From a virus (Duplodnaviria; Caudoviricetes), in IMG/VR virus record IMGVR_UViG_3300046534_001186, positions 1 to 56,356 of that record: DNA of 56,356 nucleotides, one strand, 5' to 3'. The notes under the pieces were generated by a model. That model was not told the origin of the DNA. It did no database searches and saw only the letters and a list, made by a program, of their open reading frames with translations. How positions within the stretch are numbered: position 1 is the stretch's first letter; each line of letters begins with the position of its first letter. Below, piece by piece: positions 39,272 to 47,379 of the stretch. A program made the position numbers and the translations under genes.

Positions 39272-39656
39272 CGCTGCCCGGCAGGACGTAGGGTCCGTAC
39301 GCGCCTGTTTCCTTAGCATCAAAATACGGAGCGTTGTCGGCTTGATTGGCCCTAGCGATGTATCCCTCTAGATATCCGATCCGCTTAAGCACGGCCCTGA
39401 CCTCCGCCTCCGCGTGCTCTGTCTTAGTCACTTGCCTGATCAGCTTACTGGTTTCCTCGTTGGCCCTCGACTTTTCAACTCGTAGAAGCAGTTTCAACTC
39501 TTCGACCTTTTCGCCTGCGTCGGTTGCCACGTCCCCCATCAAAATCGATTTGTTTTCAAACTGCTGCGCTTTCTCCAGGCTGGCCTCCGTTAGCGCGTTT
39601 TGGGCCTTTAGCTCTGCGACCAGGTCGGACATAGTCTTGGCTTTTCTAGTAGTCAT
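39258..39656 (-). CDS. Hypothetical coiled-coil protein
   Basis: GGAG RBS; last gene of the leftward operon. Confidence 0.65.
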   Translation of the reverse strand: MTTRKAKTMSDLVAELKAQNALTEASLEKAQQFENKSILMGDVATDAGEKVEELKLLLRVEKSRANEETSKLIRQVTKTEHAEAEVRAVLKRIGYLEGYIARANQADNAPYFDAKETGAYGPYVLPGSVNSY

Positions 39657-39659
39657 GGT

Positions 39660-39875
39660 TCATTCTCCAAAGTTTTCAGATTTAATAGTTAAGCCTTTAT
39701 CGGCTAGCTTTTTTTCGTACTTGTCGGCTTGCGCTTCGCTGCTAAACTTGCGGAAGTCGAGACTACAGTGCGGGAACTGGCAACCGAACTTCGTGCACAC
39801 GTAGGGTGAGCACTCCGTCTCAGTTGAGGCGATCAAGGTGTGGTGCCTAAGGTAGTCCGCCCGTTTAATTGCCAC
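39660..39875 (-). CDS. Small Cys/His protein
   Basis: C...C...C...HC; overlaps the csrA stop. Confidence 0.5.
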   Translation of the reverse strand: MAIKRADYLRHHTLIASTETECSPYVCTKFGCQFPHCSLDFRKFSSEAQADKYEKKLADKGLTIKSENFGE

Positions 39876-40044
39876 CGACCAGCTCCCCGCGCACCACGTT
39901 GATGTGTTTAGGCGCCTCGATGCCGACCCTAACCTGACCCCCGTCCACTTTGCGTATTACCACGGTCACCACGGTGCCTGTGTCTTGGTCAGTCAGTATC
40001 AAGGTGTCTTGAGTTTCTTTAGCCCTACGCGTCAGGAAAAGCAT
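39865..40044 (-). CDS. csrA: CsrA/RsmA family translational regulator, 59 aa (not in ORF track)
   Basis: MLFLTRRAKETQDTLILTDQDTGTVVTVVIRKVDGGQVRVGIEAPKHINVVRGELVGGN matches the ML.LTRR..E..VTV..QVR.G..AP....V.R.E pattern; AGGAG RBS. Confidence 0.9.
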   Translation of the reverse strand: MLFLTRRAKETQDTLILTDQDTGTVVTVVIRKVDGGQVRVGIEAPKHINVVRGELVGGN

Positions 40045-40354
40045 TGGGCGCTCCTGTAGACACTTTCTCTAGTTGTAGGCGCGAGATCACAGCGACTAGC
40101 CTGCCCTGCGGATCTAGCACGTCCACCCAGCTGTCAGCGGGGCCTTCCATCAAGCCCTCGATCTCCGACACCTGCTCGAGTGTGAGCCCCAACGCAGTGT
40201 GGGATACGACTTGGCCCTGCCCGCACGACATGTTGGTGTGCCGGTACGTAGCGGCCAAGTACGCGCTCGCCAGCGACCTGATGGCCTCAAGCAGTGACTT
40301 GTAGTAAGTCGCCTCGTCCGTAACCAGCATCGTGATTTTGTAAAAACTACCCAT
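40025..40354 (-). CDS. Hypothetical early protein
   Basis: TACAGGAG RBS. Confidence 0.6.
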   Translation of the reverse strand: MGSFYKITMLVTDEATYYKSLLEAIRSLASAYLAATYRHTNMSCGQGQVVSHTALGLTLEQVSEIEGLMEGPADSWVDVLDPQGRLVAVISRLQLEKVSTGAPNAFPDA

Positions 40355-40427
40355 AACGTACTCCTGTATTCGCGGCTAAATTACCACGGCAATACCTCCC
40401 TCCCGAGGGGTATCACCCTATTAACTT

Positions 40428-40613
40428 TTAGCCAATCATTTCGACCAGAATTTGTGTCGCAGCTTTAAGGCACACCGCATCGAGGTCCGTGCCCGTCATG
40501 TAAAACCCGTCCGCGTCACTTAGCGGGTCGGCTACCGAGTGGCTCCCGTCCGCGTTCGATACGACCGCGTAGCCGTGGTTAACTAATATTTTGTAAGAGG
40601 TGGTAGTTGTCAT
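40428..40613 (-). CDS. Hypothetical early protein
   Basis: GAGGAG RBS before MTTTT. Confidence 0.6.
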   Translation of the reverse strand: MTTTTSYKILVNHGYAVVSNADGSHSVADPLSDADGFYMTGTDLDAVCLKAATQILVEMIG

Positions 40614-40815
40614 TGGTCTGTCTCCTCGGTTCGCGCCCACTATATGCACAGTTCCAGCAGTGGCCCCGAACCCTCTTTATTTGTTATCGCAAGCTCTACA
40701 GCTCCCCATACTTCCCCGTCGTCGTTGACTATGTTTATCGGGGCTTCCTCTAAATCGACTCCATCCATTTTGAGCATGGTTAGTGCGTCGATTAGCTCTT
40801 GAAGTGATGTAACTC

Positions 40816-41022
40816 TCATTGGTCTGTTTCCTCCAGCGTGTAGCCCGCTGCTGCTATGTAGTCACGCGCGCTTTGCTCCGCATCGTCCGCCGCGTCCGGG
40901 CCGTAGCTCGGGTCACTGGCGTCCGGGAAAGTGTCTTGCCAGCCCAGCGCCTCAGCTTCGCTTAAAATGTCACCGAAACCGTCAACTTTGATCGGCTCCT
41001 TTTGGGGGGTAGTCGTTGTCAT
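40816..41022 (-). CDS. Acidic hypothetical early protein
   Basis: Preceded by a leader repeat; strongly Asp/Glu-rich. Confidence 0.7.
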   Translation of the reverse strand: MTTTTPQKEPIKVDGFGDILSEAEALGWQDTFPDASDPSYGPDAADDAEQSARDYIAAAGYTLEETDQ

Positions 41023-41103
41023 AACGTGGTCCTTGTAGTTAACGATAGAAAGCCTATCAGCAGTACCGCTCGTGGTGAGCGATACTGAGTTAGGCTCTCG
41101 GCT

Positions 41104-41670
41104 TTATGAGTAGGTCACACTGTGCGCTAGCCCGCGTGAAATTTTGTTATCTCGCTCGAGACCGTCAACAAAATCAACGTATGCCGAGCGCGTGGTTGCG
41201 TTCTGCTTGTTCTGATTACCGTCAATAACTGTCAGGCCCGTTTCGCTAGCGTACTGTCGAAAGGCGCTGTTAACTTGGTCCGCGTCCTCTATTGGCCACG
41301 ATGGGGTATCGGCCTCGCAGAATATCGCCCCACTCTCTCCTGAGGCCACCGCCAATCTTGTAAAAACCGTTGCATACGTGTTGGCGTATAGCTCCGGTCG
41401 GTCCCAGTATCCTACCCCGTGCCCGTTTCGGGTCAGCCAATAGTCGTGCCCGGCTTGCGCTGGGCTCGCTTTGCAGCGCGACAGCCTCCCCGCGATAAGA
41501 TCATAAAAAGCGGTGCACTCGATCGCGCACTTTCGCGCGTAGTCTTCATCTAGCTCCGCGCCGTGCTCGGGCTGGTCCGTGTCCCCACATTCTGTGAAGT
41601 TGATAGCCTCTATATAGCCGTTAATGAACTCCACTTCTTGCGCGTTTAACTCGATAGATTCAATGGTCAT
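41104..41670 (-). CDS. Conserved early phage protein
   Basis: AGHDYWLTRNGHG.GYWDR motif; start reassigned to just after the repeat. Confidence 0.7.
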   Translation of the reverse strand: MTIESIELNAQEVEFINGYIEAINFTECGDTDQPEHGAELDEDYARKCAIECTAFYDLIAGRLSRCKASPAQAGHDYWLTRNGHGVGYWDRPELYANTYATVFTRLAVASGESGAIFCEADTPSWPIEDADQVNSAFRQYASETGLTVIDGNQNKQNATTRSAYVDFVDGLERDNKISRGLAHSVTYS

Positions 41671-41755
41671 AGCGTTGTGCTCCCTGTAGTTTAGCGATAG
41701 AAAATCTATCAGCAGTACCACTCACCACGAGCGGTACTGAGTTAGACTCTCGGCT

Positions 41756-42421
41756 TTAGATAAGGCCCTTTGCCGCGAACGACATCGAATTGCCTCCACC
41801 CACTATTATGTGGTCCAGCACTTGGACCTCGATAGCTTTCAGGGAGTTAATTAGCTTATTAGTAATGGCGAGATCCGCGCGAGACTCGACCACAATGCCG
41901 CTGGGGTGATTGTGGTATATGACCACGGCGGCGGCGTTGCACTTTAGCGCCGCTTTGACCACCTCGCGCGGGTATACCATTGCGCTGCTTATGGTGCCCG
42001 AGCTGATTACCTGCCGCTCGATAAGTCGGTGTTGGCTGTCCAGCATGAGCATGCCGAACTCCTCATGGTCAAGCTCGCCAACTGATAGCGCCAGCCAGTT
42101 CTTAACCTGTGAGTCGCTGGTGCCGATAAACTCGTGCTCGCACCGTTTCCGTAGTATGTCTATCGCGTGCGCGATGATGCTGTCCTCGTCTTGTGGGCTA
42201 GCGGGGGAGTCGATCACATAGTCGGGGGCCGGTCCGCTGCTCAGTTGGCCCTCGGTCATGATGGCCGCGATCTGCTCCACTTGATGCCTTGAGCAATTCA
42301 GAAAATTAGTCGGCAACTCGCGATCGGACGCCGACAGTCTAATAGTGAATCCGGTTCGCTCGGTGGTGCCTTCTAGCAGCCTTTGAAATTGATTGTTTAC
42401 ATAGCTGGTTTTAGTAGTCAT
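41756..42421 (-). CDS. radC: RadC-like JAB-domain protein
   Basis: EEF..L.LD..H.LI..GTI....VYPREV.K.AL...AAAV..YHNHPSG..SRAD..T..L...VLDHIIVG. Confidence 0.92.
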   Translation of the reverse strand: MTTKTSYVNNQFQRLLEGTTERTGFTIRLSASDRELPTNFLNCSRHQVEQIAAIMTEGQLSSGPAPDYVIDSPASPQDEDSIIAHAIDILRKRCEHEFIGTSDSQVKNWLALSVGELDHEEFGMLMLDSQHRLIERQVISSGTISSAMVYPREVVKAALKCNAAAVVIYHNHPSGIVVESRADLAITNKLINSLKAIEVQVLDHIIVGGGNSMSFAAKGLI

Positions 42422-42446
42422 AACAGTTTCCTTGTATTGAATTAGT

Positions 42447-42474
42447 AGTATATCAGGTTTGCCGGTCCGGTCAA
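42447..42474 (-). promoter_or_regulatory. Sigma70-like promoter upstream of radC
   Basis: TTGACC-N16-TATACT; shares TTGACCGGACCG with the promoter at 28997. Confidence 0.6.
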
Positions 42475-42578
42475 TTTGTCTCGTGACGCCCTCCAGGTGC
42501 CCGTTTCCTTGTAGTTAACGATAGAAAATCTATCAGCAGTACCACTCGCGGTGAGCGATACTGGGTTAGACTCTCGGA

Positions 42579-43151
42579 CTAGTGCCCGTTATTAATTCCC
42601 GTTTGATACATCGGATCACCGGCCCACGGGCGCGCGTTGGAATAGCTGGTTAACGAGAACCCGTGTTCGTTAATTATCTTGTGGAAACTTTCGCCCGTCT
42701 CGAGGTTAGGGTCTGCGACCACGTGATCATTACCGCAGCTGTCCGTGCGTTCGACAGTGCCCGCCACTTCAATCAACGTGAAGCGCATCCCACTGCGCGC
42801 GAGCACCTTATAGAAGTCTATGTTGGTCTGTTCATACCCCCACGAGGAGTAGAACAGATCCCCGACTTTAGTATTTTCGGCCATCGCTTGCCGCGCCTGT
42901 TTAACTTCGTCTATTTTATTCTGGTCGTATCGGCTGTCCCCTTTCAGGCCATCAAAAAACCGGTCGATAGAGATCTGCCGCTGCTCCTCATTGCCATAAT
43001 AATAGCGCATCGATGGCTTCTGAGCTTTGCCCCTAAAGGCGAGTAGGGAGGGTTTCCCGTTGGCGTTGGTGCTGGTGTAAACTTCTGCGGTTAGGCCCTC
43101 TCGCGTGATGAGTCGGGCACCCGTGGGGATGTAGTCTTGTCTTTTTAGCAT
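42579..43151 (-). CDS. Conserved hypothetical early protein
   Basis: VGDLFYSSWGYEQTNIDFYKV motif; start reassigned to MLKRQ. Confidence 0.7.
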   Translation of the reverse strand: MLKRQDYIPTGARLITREGLTAEVYTSTNANGKPSLLAFRGKAQKPSMRYYYGNEEQRQISIDRFFDGLKGDSRYDQNKIDEVKQARQAMAENTKVGDLFYSSWGYEQTNIDFYKVLARSGMRFTLIEVAGTVERTDSCGNDHVVADPNLETGESFHKIINEHGFSLTSYSNARPWAGDPMYQTGINNGH

Positions 43152-43232
43152 AACGTGGTCCTTGTAGTTGGTGATAGAAAGCCTATCAGCAGTACCACTC
43201 ACCACGAGCGATACTGAGTTAGACTCTCGGGG

Positions 43233-43757
43233 CTATAGCTGCTGATCCTTAATTGAGAGCGCGACCGCTTCACACAACGGGAGTGAATTAAGCACGACAC
43301 CAACCGCCCCCCAGCTCGGCGGATATTCTCCCCCCGCGATAGCCTTTAGCAGGTGGTCCCGTGCCTTGGCAGATAGCGCCCGCGTCTGCCAGATCCCGCC
43401 CGTGTCGGTTTTGGTCCACAGCACGCGCTTAGCTAACAGCCTCTTTACGTCTCTCTCTTGTAGCCACGCCACGAGTAATCCGTCTATTACATTATCAATC
43501 GATTCCCTGTATCTGAACGGCTCGTTGTGGGTGCCTGACATCTCCGCGACAATATCCGGCAGCGTGTCGATATACTCTTGAATCTTTTGGCGCATCGTGC
43601 GCAAGTTAAACTCGACATCGGTGCAGCCCCCGTGCCCGCTATTTGCTGCGGACCCCACGCGCACGCCATCAAAATACACTGTGCACTCGAAACAATTGGT
43701 TTCCTGCGAGGCGAACTGTGCGTGCTTAACATTCTTAATGCTTAGTCTGCTGGTCAT
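43233..43757 (-). CDS. Conserved hypothetical early protein
   Basis: SQET.CFE..VY.DG.......N.GHGG motif. Confidence 0.7.
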   Translation of the reverse strand: MTSRLSIKNVKHAQFASQETNCFECTVYFDGVRVGSAANSGHGGCTDVEFNLRTMRQKIQEYIDTLPDIVAEMSGTHNEPFRYRESIDNVIDGLLVAWLQERDVKRLLAKRVLWTKTDTGGIWQTRALSAKARDHLLKAIAGGEYPPSWGAVGVVLNSLPLCEAVALSIKDQQL

Positions 43758-43834
43758 AACGTGATCCTTGTAGTTAATGATAGAAAGCCTATCAGCAGTA
43801 CCACTCGCGGTGAGCGATACTGAGTTAGACTCTC

Positions 43835-44446
43835 TTAAACGCGAGTCGGCATTATTACGAACTCGCCTAGCGGGCCTTTCCCGCGTGCGCTGTCGTTCGG
43901 TGTCGCCCCCACTAGCATAGTGACCGGCCCCCCATTAGCGACTTTATCGAGTAGGATCTTTTGGAAGTGGGCGGGACCGATTTTAACTAATGGGGAGCTT
44001 TTACCGTGCAGATCCCTATCGATAACTTGGACTGTGAGCGGGTCCACTACCACGCTGTCTCGGTTTCGCGTGGGGATCACACGGTTAATATCAGGATAGA
44101 CGAACGAGCACTCCACGGGATCACCTGTTTTGGGGTGATAGTATCCGGCGGGCTTATCTGTCGGCGCCCAGCCTAGAATATGACCATCTGTCGCGCGCAT
44201 GTGGGTGCCATCGCTGTGCAAGTATCGAAGAAAAGAACGCACGTCCTTGTCATTAGCAACAAATCGGGCGAGCCATTGTTCGGCCGTCTTTGCTTTTGCT
44301 GGGGCGGAGGGGGCAAAGTGGAGCAGTAGTGCTAGCTTTTCGCTTTCTAGGATGGTTCCACCTGCTGCGATACCGCGCGCGATAGCGTACGCGTCCTTTC
44401 TGTTTGCTGCCTTTGTACCTTCTGGGATGTTAATTAAAGGGGTCAT
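43835..44446 (-). CDS. Truncated beta-clamp (DnaN)-like protein
   Basis: DVR.FL..ATDGH.L..YPD..RVIP, resembling DnaN domain II and its linker. Confidence 0.65.
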   Translation of the reverse strand: MTPLINIPEGTKAANRKDAYAIARGIAAGGTILESEKLALLLHFAPSAPAKAKTAEQWLARFVANDKDVRSFLRYLHSDGTHMRATDGHILGWAPTDKPAGYYHPKTGDPVECSFVYPDINRVIPTRNRDSVVVDPLTVQVIDRDLHGKSSPLVKIGPAHFQKILLDKVANGGPVTMLVGATPNDSARGKGPLGEFVIMPTRV

Positions 44447-44523
44447 AACGTGGTCCTTGTAGTTGGTGATAGAAAGCCTATCAGCAGTACCACTCGTGGT
44501 GAGCGATACTGAGTTAGACTCTC

Positions 44524-44766
44524 TTAGCTGCTAGCTGGTGCGCTCTCGATCACAAAGTAATACCCGCAGAATACAGGGAATGTGTCTCCCACTTCGCCTA
44601 GACCTATTTTGCGGAGCATTTCCATAGCTTCTGCGGTCTGCTCCTCGGTGTAGCCCCCGCCGCAAGTTCGTAGGCATAGATCTGCCACTTGTGAGTCGGT
44701 CGCCGCGTGGGTGGCCATCCATCCCGTTTTAGTTAGCCTAATAGATGTAGGGGCTAGGCTGCTCAT
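44524..44766 (-). CDS. Hypothetical early protein
   Basis: Translationally coupled to the upstream gene. Confidence 0.55.
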   Translation of the reverse strand: MSSLAPTSIRLTKTGWMATHAATDSQVADLCLRTCGGGYTEEQTAEAMEMLRKIGLGEVGDTFPVFCGYYFVIESAPASS

Positions 44767-44996
44767 TACACCACCTTCTTAATTGACTGAATGATCAGTT
44801 TGCCATAGTGAGTGCCTAGCATTGCTTCGACTTCTTGCCCGTCAAAGTTTGTGACGCCGTACCCTTCTGAGCTATCGACCGCTGTTTTGGCCTCGTACCC
44901 GTCCAGCTCCACCAGATAGCGGGGGTTGCCATTCTCGGAGCTGGGCTCTCGCTGTATTACAGTCAAGATCCCTGTGTGGCGTGTGGCGTTTTTCAT
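44766..44996 (-). CDS. Hypothetical early protein
   Basis: SS.NGNPRY motif; start follows a repeat. Confidence 0.7.
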   Translation of the reverse strand: MKNATRHTGILTVIQREPSSENGNPRYLVELDGYEAKTAVDSSEGYGVTNFDGQEVEAMLGTHYGKLIIQSIKKVV

Positions 44997-45074
44997 AACG
45001 TGGTCCTTGTAGTTTAGCGATAGAAAATCTACCAGCAGTACCACTCGTGGTGAGCGATACTGAGTTAGTCTCTC

Positions 45075-45242
45075 TTAGCTGCTGGCCTTTAGATCTGCTG
45101 CTATTGTGGACCGCAGGAAGTTAACAGCGCGTTGACTGCCAGCGCTGCGCACCATCGACTCTAACTGTGCGCGGTACGCAGCAGTATTGCCTAGTGCTAG
45201 GTGTTGCCGTGCCATCGCGATCTGACGTGTGTACATCTTCAT
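45075..45242 (-). CDS. Hypothetical early protein (55 aa)
   Basis: Start reassigned to MKMYTRQ. Confidence 0.55.
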   Translation of the reverse strand: MKMYTRQIAMARQHLALGNTAAYRAQLESMVRSAGSQRAVNFLRSTIAADLKASS

Positions 45243-45244
45243 AG

Positions 45245-45418
45245 CTATAGCACCTGCGCGCGGACGGCGATTGTATAGCCTAGGGTCTTGATACTTTCTA
45301 GCGTGGCCCGTGTGAGAGTAGATGTACCCGCTATTTCGCAGAATACTCGTGATCTCTTGCACTCGGGGTAGATAAGCTCGCGCCCGTAGTTGCTCTTAAT
45401 GCTTACTAGTAATTCCAT
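45245..45418 (-). CDS. First early protein (57 aa)
   Basis: AAGGAG RBS; K..YG...IYP.C.....F..IAG..TLT..IK.LGY.I motif. Confidence 0.7.
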   Translation of the reverse strand: MELLVSIKSNYGRELIYPECKRSRVFCEIAGTSTLTRATLESIKTLGYTIAVRAQVL

Positions 45419-45467
45419 CTTAACCGCTCCTTGTAGGTGGCGCGCTGTGTTGCGAGCCAATACGCAG

Positions 45468-45496
45468 ACATTACGCCCTATTGACTCCTTGGTCAA
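45468..45496 (-). promoter_or_regulatory. Early sigma70-like promoter with TTGAC-N6-GTCAA palindrome
   Basis: TTGACC-N17-TAATGT. Confidence 0.65.
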
Positions 45497-45512
45497 GCAC
45501 TTAGAGCCACTA

Positions 45513-45857
45513 GGCCCGAATAAACTCTGCCTTTACTCGGGCCTAGCATTCGGGCCACCTATATCTTGTTGATATCTAAAGAGAATCCGTAAAAGTGGCC
45601 CGAAGGCCCGAATAAACGCACTCTCAATCCCACACAGCTGGCACAGCTAGTGCTGCTGCTGGTGCTGGTGCGCGCTGCTGCGCTGCGCTGCTGGTGGTGC
45701 TGCGCAGCAGCGCTTGGTTTTGTTGATGGGTGGTTTTGGCTCTAATGGTGGCCTTTATGCCTCTTTATACCCCTACTAGACTAATAAGGGTATATAAAAG
45801 AAGGGGTTAGGGGCCTCGGGTCTTGTGGCCCGAATAGGTGGCCCGAATGGGCCCGAA
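45513..45857. repeat. GGCCCGAA iteron-like cluster
   Basis: Direct copies at 45513, 45596, 45604, 45827, 45840 and 45850; inverted copy at 45549. Confidence 0.8.
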
Positions 45858-46202
45858 TGAGAATAGAGGGGTATCGGGCCGACCCCCTGTGGTTTACACG
45901 CGCTGCTGCGTGTTGCTGCGTCCTGCTGCTGGTGCTGGGGGAGCGCTAAGCACGCAGGGGGTCTTAAAACGTGGGGCTGCTGCGCGTGCGTGCTGCTGCG
46001 CTGCTATCAATAGCCTGTGGTTGCTGCGCGCTGCTGCTGGTGCTGGTGCTGCTGGTGCTGCTGGTGCTGCTGGTGCTGCGCTGCTGGTGCTGCGCGCTGC
46101 GCTGCCATCAATAACTTGTGGTTGCTGCGGGTGCGTGCTGCGCTGCGGGATCTGCTGCGGGTGCGTGCTGCTGCGCTGCGCTGCGGGATTTGCTGCGCGC
46201 TG
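45650..46202 (+). repeat. Non-coding (GCT)/(GCTGGT)/(GCTGC) low-complexity tract
   Basis: Ten GCTGGTG copies, all on the plus strand. Confidence 0.85.
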
Positions 46203-46578
46203 AGGCTCAATGCTCTACAGGCCACGGCGCGCCTGGGCTCAGCACCCGCCGTTTTGACGGGCACCCCCCGCTCAAAGGGGGGCCGGCCGATCGCTGTACG
46301 CCCCCTTATACCCGAAGGAACACTCCACGACTTAAAGTTGGCTGCAGCAGCGCGTAGCAGCGGACCGCCTTCCCTGCACACAAAACCGAGCGCATACTTA
46401 AATTTTTCAACAAGAGGCTCTCATTAGGGGGGCGAACGACATGTGTGCAACGGGGAAAGTAAGTGCTACACTCAGCGCTCGGGAGGGTTTAATTGTGTTA
46501 CACCTAACCGAGTTAAGTATTGTCTTTACGACCAGACTTCCTTAGGGGCTCGCCCCCTAGGGCTTTTTAGAGGTTAGT

Positions 46579-46962
46579 ATGACCATCAATAAGTCCAGAG
46601 CCTTTGGTAAGAAAATTTTCGAATGCAAGGAGGAGCTTGAGCTGCTCGCTAACGAATATTTCCTTGAAGCGATAAAAGACAAAAGGCCGTTCACTCTGCC
46701 GGGTCTCGCTCTAGCGCTTGGGTTTTCGTCTACAGGAACGCTGCTAGACTACCGCAAGGGTGAAGGGTACGAAGAGTTCCACGAGGTAGCGAATATCGCA
46801 GCCCTCAGGGTGGAGCAGTTCACGGCAGAACAGTGCTATAACAAAGGCGTTAACGTGGCGGGTCCAGTATTCATGCTGAAGAACATGGGTTACACGGACA
46901 AGCCAGGTGGGCCGGACAACAACGTCCACATCAAGATCGAAGGACTTGCAGCTAAACTATAA
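46579..46962 (+). CDS. terS: Terminase small subunit (P22 gp3-like)
   Basis: PFTLPGLALALGF..L.DY..G.VFMLKN; upstream of terL. Confidence 0.8.
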   Translation: MTINKSRAFGKKIFECKEELELLANEYFLEAIKDKRPFTLPGLALALGFSSTGTLLDYRKGEGYEEFHEVANIAALRVEQFTAEQCYNKGVNVAGPVFMLKNMGYTDKPGGPDNNVHIKIEGLAAKL

Positions 46963-46979
46963 CCAGCAGGAGACCCCAC

Positions 46980-47189
46980 ATGTTCAAATTACTCACTAAG
47001 ATCCGCAGCGCCGCAAAGACCAAGCTAGCCGCACGTAAAGCTCGCTCGGCCAAGGCGACGCACCGTCGAGAAAACTCTTTGAAGAACCAGAAGCACCGGC
47101 GGTCCGCCCCTCGTGCTCGCAATCCCCGTCACATGCTACACAAGAATCAGCGCACCGGCCCGTGCATAGTGAGTCGTCATGCAAATTGA
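46980..47189 (+). CDS. Small basic protein
   Basis: AGGAG RBS; Arg/Lys-rich. Confidence 0.5.
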   Translation: MFKLLTKIRSAAKTKLAARKARSAKATHRRENSLKNQKHRRSAPRARNPRHMLHKNQRTGPCIVSRHAN

Positions 47190-47379
47190 GAATCCTAAAG
47201 CAGATGTGCTCGAAGTCCGAGTTGATACTCGCGGTGAGAAAAGCACCACGGTGTACGTCTTGATCCAACCCGAAGGCGGCGTGGCGCACTGGCGCAGCAG
47301 GTCTGCGAAGGGCACGCTGGAGCAGGTAGACCTCGACGTAGAGGACGTCCTCGAGTGGGAAAAAAGAGGCCCCTCTTGA
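47179..47379 (+). CDS. Hypothetical protein
   Basis: Fills the gap before terL. Confidence 0.5.
   Translation: MQIENPKADVLEVRVDTRGEKSTTVYVLIQPEGGVAHWRSRSAKGTLEQVDLDVEDVLEWEKRGPS

Larger units (their letters stand above)
41023..45074 (-). repeat. Seven ~77-nt intergenic hairpin+RBS repeats (41023-41099, 41671-41751, 42505-42575, 43152-43228, 43758-43834, 44447-44523, 44997-45074)
   Basis: mRNA-sense consensus GAGAGTCTA-ACT-CAGTATCGCTC-N5-GAGTGGTACTG-CTGA-TAGRYTTTC..AACTACAAGGACCACGTT-ATG. Confidence 0.95.

Noticed and set aside
40697-40819. Short ORF MRVTSLQELID..WEL, possibly frameshifted
   Set aside because: It has an RBS, but is only 40 aa with an ambiguous continuation; I cannot support either a product or a pseudogene call
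41671-41721. Shared N-terminal peptide MVLL(I/V)DFLSLNY in ORF-track proteins (also near 45044 and 43205)
   Set aside because: ORF-caller extensions through the intergenic repeat; the true starts follow the repeat's RBS
41023-45074. Repeats as integron attC sites or a CRISPR array
   Set aside because: GTCTAAC matches the attC R'' box, but the partner box is GATAGRY, lacking the invariant GTT. No tyrosine integrase is present, and the wobble pairs favour an RNA structure. Spacers are whole genes and there is no cas operon; the Cas4-like gene belongs to the replication module.
45838-46427. Ala/Cys/Gln-rich ORFs in several frames
   Set aside because: Products of low-complexity GCT repeats; no RBS or recognisable domain
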